Source of the DNA: an uncultured Lachnospiraceae bacterium
GTDB taxonomy: Bacteria > Bacillota > Clostridia > Lachnospirales > Lachnospiraceae
Assembly: GCA_910585465.1 (NCBI GenBank)
Contig: CAJUEW010000004.1
Span: 44,001 to 108,000, forward strand
Length of the DNA stretch: 64,000 nucleotides
Direction of reading: 5' to 3'
Shown here: positions 61,495 to 64,000 of the stretch, one piece after another
Position numbering within the stretch: the stretch's first letter is position 1
How the letters are laid out: each line of letters begins with the position of its first letter
Made by a program: the position numbers and the translations under genes
The notes under the pieces: generated by a model
Seen by the model: only the letters and a program-made list of their open reading frames with translations
The model's database searches: none
What the model was told of the DNA's origin: nothing

Positions 61495-62031
61495 TTATTT
61501 CGTAAAATCATAGTCCATCAGCCTGCCGTCTTCGTCGTACATCTTTACATCAAAGGTGCCTCTGGACAGACCGGTTAAGCCAGTGCGGGCAAGTTCAAGA
61601 ATCTCCACCCCTTCCAGCATCCGAAGAAATGCCTCCGTCTTTGTCTGGCTGCCGACCAGTTCAATCACTAAAGACTCTATGGAAACGTCTACGATTTTCG
61701 CTCTGAAAATATCCGCGATAGATATGATGTTCTGACGGTTCTGTTCATTGCAGAGCACCTTTAAAAGCAGAAGCTCCCGGCACACGGAACTGCCCGGCTC
61801 CAGCTTCTTAATATCTACCACATCCTCCAGCTTATTCAGCTGCTTCTCAATCTGATCCAGGATAATTTCATCCCCTCTGGCTACCACAGTGGCTCTTGAA
61901 AATCTCGGATCCGCAGTTACTCCGACCGTCAGACTGTCAATATTATAGCCGCGGCGGCTGAACAGCCCTGCGATCCGGCTCAGAACACCTGCTGAATTTT
62001 CAACCAGAATTGAAAAAACTACTTTTTCCAT
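61495..62031 (-). CDS. ilvN: Acetolactate synthase small subunit
   Basis: VEN..GVLSRIAGLFSRRGYNIDSL ACT domain; ELARTG. Confidence 0.96.
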   Translation of the reverse strand: MEKVVFSILVENSAGVLSRIAGLFSRRGYNIDSLTVGVTADPRFSRATVVARGDEIILDQIEKQLNKLEDVVDIKKLEPGSSVCRELLLLKVLCNEQNRQNIISIADIFRAKIVDVSIESLVIELVGSQTKTEAFLRMLEGVEILELARTGLTGLSRGTFDVKMYDEDGRLMDYDFTK

Positions 62032-62118
62032 CTACTCCCCTGCTTTCTCTGTTCACTCTAGTAAAGTGTAGTCTGATTTATACCAAAATATTGTACCAAT
62101 GAAAGGTATCTTTGTCAA

Positions 62119-63711
62119 TTATTGTTCCGACAAATCCCGCAAATAATTATCAAGCCATGAGAACCTGACATCAATATATGTTTCTATTTCCTCTGTTCCC
62201 TTTACATTTTCACTGTCCGGCCATCTTAATGTATCCCTGGAAAATGCCCCCGATTCCACCAGATAATCCATTTGTTCCCTGGCATAGGATTTCCAGAGCT
62301 CCTCCTTCAGAAAGCTTTCCCTCCAGCCTCTCCAGGTTTCCCGCATATCCTCTGAAAGCCTTTTATCATATTTCTGCATATTGCGGAATACCTCTTCGTT
62401 CAGCCATTTTGTCGCAAGCTCCGGGTTATACCGGATATTTTTAATATCCTTTTCTTCTCCCTGCTCGAAATCGTCTCCCCAGGAATAGTTCTGATCCCAC
62501 GGAATCCGGCGAAGCGTATATGCCCCGTCCGGATTTTGCACCGCACTGTAAATAATATTCTTAAACCGATTGTCCACTCCGGCGATGGCATTATAGTACA
62601 AGGCATAATCGATAAAATTCTGCCGATCAATGCAGCCGTACAATATCCTTAAATCCTTCTCTGACTCCAGCTCATATCCGCTGTTCCAGAATATACGGAA
62701 CGGCTCCCATAGCCCGGGAATATAGGTTCTGCCTGCCTGCCGGATACGGATTCCCGCACAGACAAAGGACTGCTCTGCCTCGCTTTGAGCAAATAAACCG
62801 TCGTCCGGCCATTCGTCTGAACCCGCCTTATAGATAAGATCCCTGGTACGGTCTAACCCCAGAGCTTTATAATCTGTAGGCTCCACAAGCCCGTAAAGCC
62901 CCCGGTACTCCCCGTTTACAATCAGCTCCAGATATTCCATACGGCAGCCCTGGTCAGCCTCTGTCTCTGTCTGAGCCGCAATCTGATTCCAAAGCTCAAC
63001 AGACAGCTTATCCCTCAGCTTGCTGCGATCCGAGTACATCGCTTTTAGCTGCCAGTCATTGTCAAAACGCATTCCCAGCAGAGACAAATCCTTTCCTTCT
63101 TTTCCGTCATCATAAAACAATTCCAGCCGGTACCCAATCTTCTCAAACCGCTTGCTGGCGTTTCCCCGGATGTTATAGTAAGCAAGGCTTTCCTCCGCCT
63201 GATAGCCTCCCCGGATGCTAAGCACCGGATCAAACACTGCAATCTGCGCACCCTCTTCTCCCATGTTTCCGTCAATCCGCATAACCGGAAGACCGGTAAA
63301 AAGAACAGACACTGTCCTGTAGCCCGTATCATTATAAATCAGGCACCGGAAAATATGTTCCCCGGCAATTGCCTCCTCCATATTCTGAAAAGCGCTGTCC
63401 TCCAGCCAGGCCACAGAAGCCAAAGTTCCGTCTGCAAGAGAGGTAATACTTCCTTTCCAATAATCCTCCTCCATATTTTTCGGGATATAATACCTGCCCT
63501 CTTCCTTTTCAAAAGCAGCTTTCACGCCCTCTACCTGAAGCTCCGTCTGAATCTCATCTCCGAAGGGACTCCGGCCTGTCTGAATACGTTCTATCTCCTG
63601 CTCAGAGAAAACCGGCGCGTCCATTACCTGTGTCTTCCGGCAAAGCTGCAGACGCAGGAACATAAAACAAACTGCCAGAACGCTGACGGCCAACACTGTT
63701 TTTTTCTTCAT
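62119..63711 (-). CDS. CotH-family kinase with N-terminal membrane anchor
   Basis: TGLPV..I; IRGNAS..FEK..Y.LEL; DNDW.L; GEYRGLY.L.EP; DN..KN; IPWD.NYSWG. Confidence 0.85.
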   Translation of the reverse strand: MKKKTVLAVSVLAVCFMFLRLQLCRKTQVMDAPVFSEQEIERIQTGRSPFGDEIQTELQVEGVKAAFEKEEGRYYIPKNMEEDYWKGSITSLADGTLASVAWLEDSAFQNMEEAIAGEHIFRCLIYNDTGYRTVSVLFTGLPVMRIDGNMGEEGAQIAVFDPVLSIRGGYQAEESLAYYNIRGNASKRFEKIGYRLELFYDDGKEGKDLSLLGMRFDNDWQLKAMYSDRSKLRDKLSVELWNQIAAQTETEADQGCRMEYLELIVNGEYRGLYGLVEPTDYKALGLDRTRDLIYKAGSDEWPDDGLFAQSEAEQSFVCAGIRIRQAGRTYIPGLWEPFRIFWNSGYELESEKDLRILYGCIDRQNFIDYALYYNAIAGVDNRFKNIIYSAVQNPDGAYTLRRIPWDQNYSWGDDFEQGEEKDIKNIRYNPELATKWLNEEVFRNMQKYDKRLSEDMRETWRGWRESFLKEELWKSYAREQMDYLVESGAFSRDTLRWPDSENVKGTEEIETYIDVRFSWLDNYLRDLSEQ

Positions 63712-63713
63712 TC

Positions 63714-64000
63714 TTATAGACTCTTCTTTATATTTTCAATGTAGTCTGGAGTAGTTCCGCAGCATCCGCCGATTATGGATGCGCCGCAGCCGACCAGCTT
63801 TAGAATATACCGGGTAAAGTCCTCTTTCCCCATACTGTATACTGCCTCCCCGGTCCTCGTAATGACAGGAATTCCTGCATTGGGCTTTGCTATAACCGGA
63901 ATGGATACTGTCTCCTTTAGCTGCCGGATAACCGCCTCCAGCTGATCCGGACCTACGGAGCAGTTCACTCCCACCGCATCCGCGCCCATAGCCTCCAGTG
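63714..64000 (-). CDS. Homocysteine S-methyltransferase domain protein (C-terminal part)
   Basis: GVNCS.GP, AKPNAG.P and IIGGCCGTTP motifs; truncated by the window edge. Confidence 0.9.
   Translation of the reverse strand, partial: LEAMGADAVGVNCSVGPDQLEAVIRQLKETVSIPVIAKPNAGIPVITRTGEAVYSMGKEDFTRYILKLVGCGASIIGGCCGTTPDYIENIKKSL

Overview
A 64-kb chromosomal segment from a spore-forming, probably Lachnospiraceae-like Clostridia bacterium; the taxon is inferred from gene content and protein style. Most genes are on the minus strand. The housekeeping backbone comprises rlmH, nfnAB, ftsK, HPr, udk, queA, T-box-controlled pheST, 6S RNA, pckA, thrC, T-box-controlled leuA and ilvN/ilvC. Accessory parts: (1) At the left edge, a large serine recombinase ends 5 bp from an inverted-repeat att-like site. 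That site cuts a LysM-GH18 spore protein gene (YaaH/SleL/YdhD-like) in the middle of a conserved motif, which suggests a skin-like gene-intervening element. (2) A tightly coupled operon encodes an A24 prepilin peptidase, a PP2C phosphatase, a membrane Ser/Thr kinase, a small membrane protein and a 2639-aa Ig-repeat surface protein; decayed gene remnants lie downstream. (3) An 11-gene, LacI-regulated TRAP/sugar catabolic island has an unusual enzyme set: three TIM-barrel isomerases, two dehydrogenases, a cupin, a ROK kinase and a GmhA-like SIS protein. (4) Two CotH-type kinases and a GT-C-like/acyltransferase pair sit among housekeeping genes. All family assignments come from motif recognition by eye; no database searches were run.
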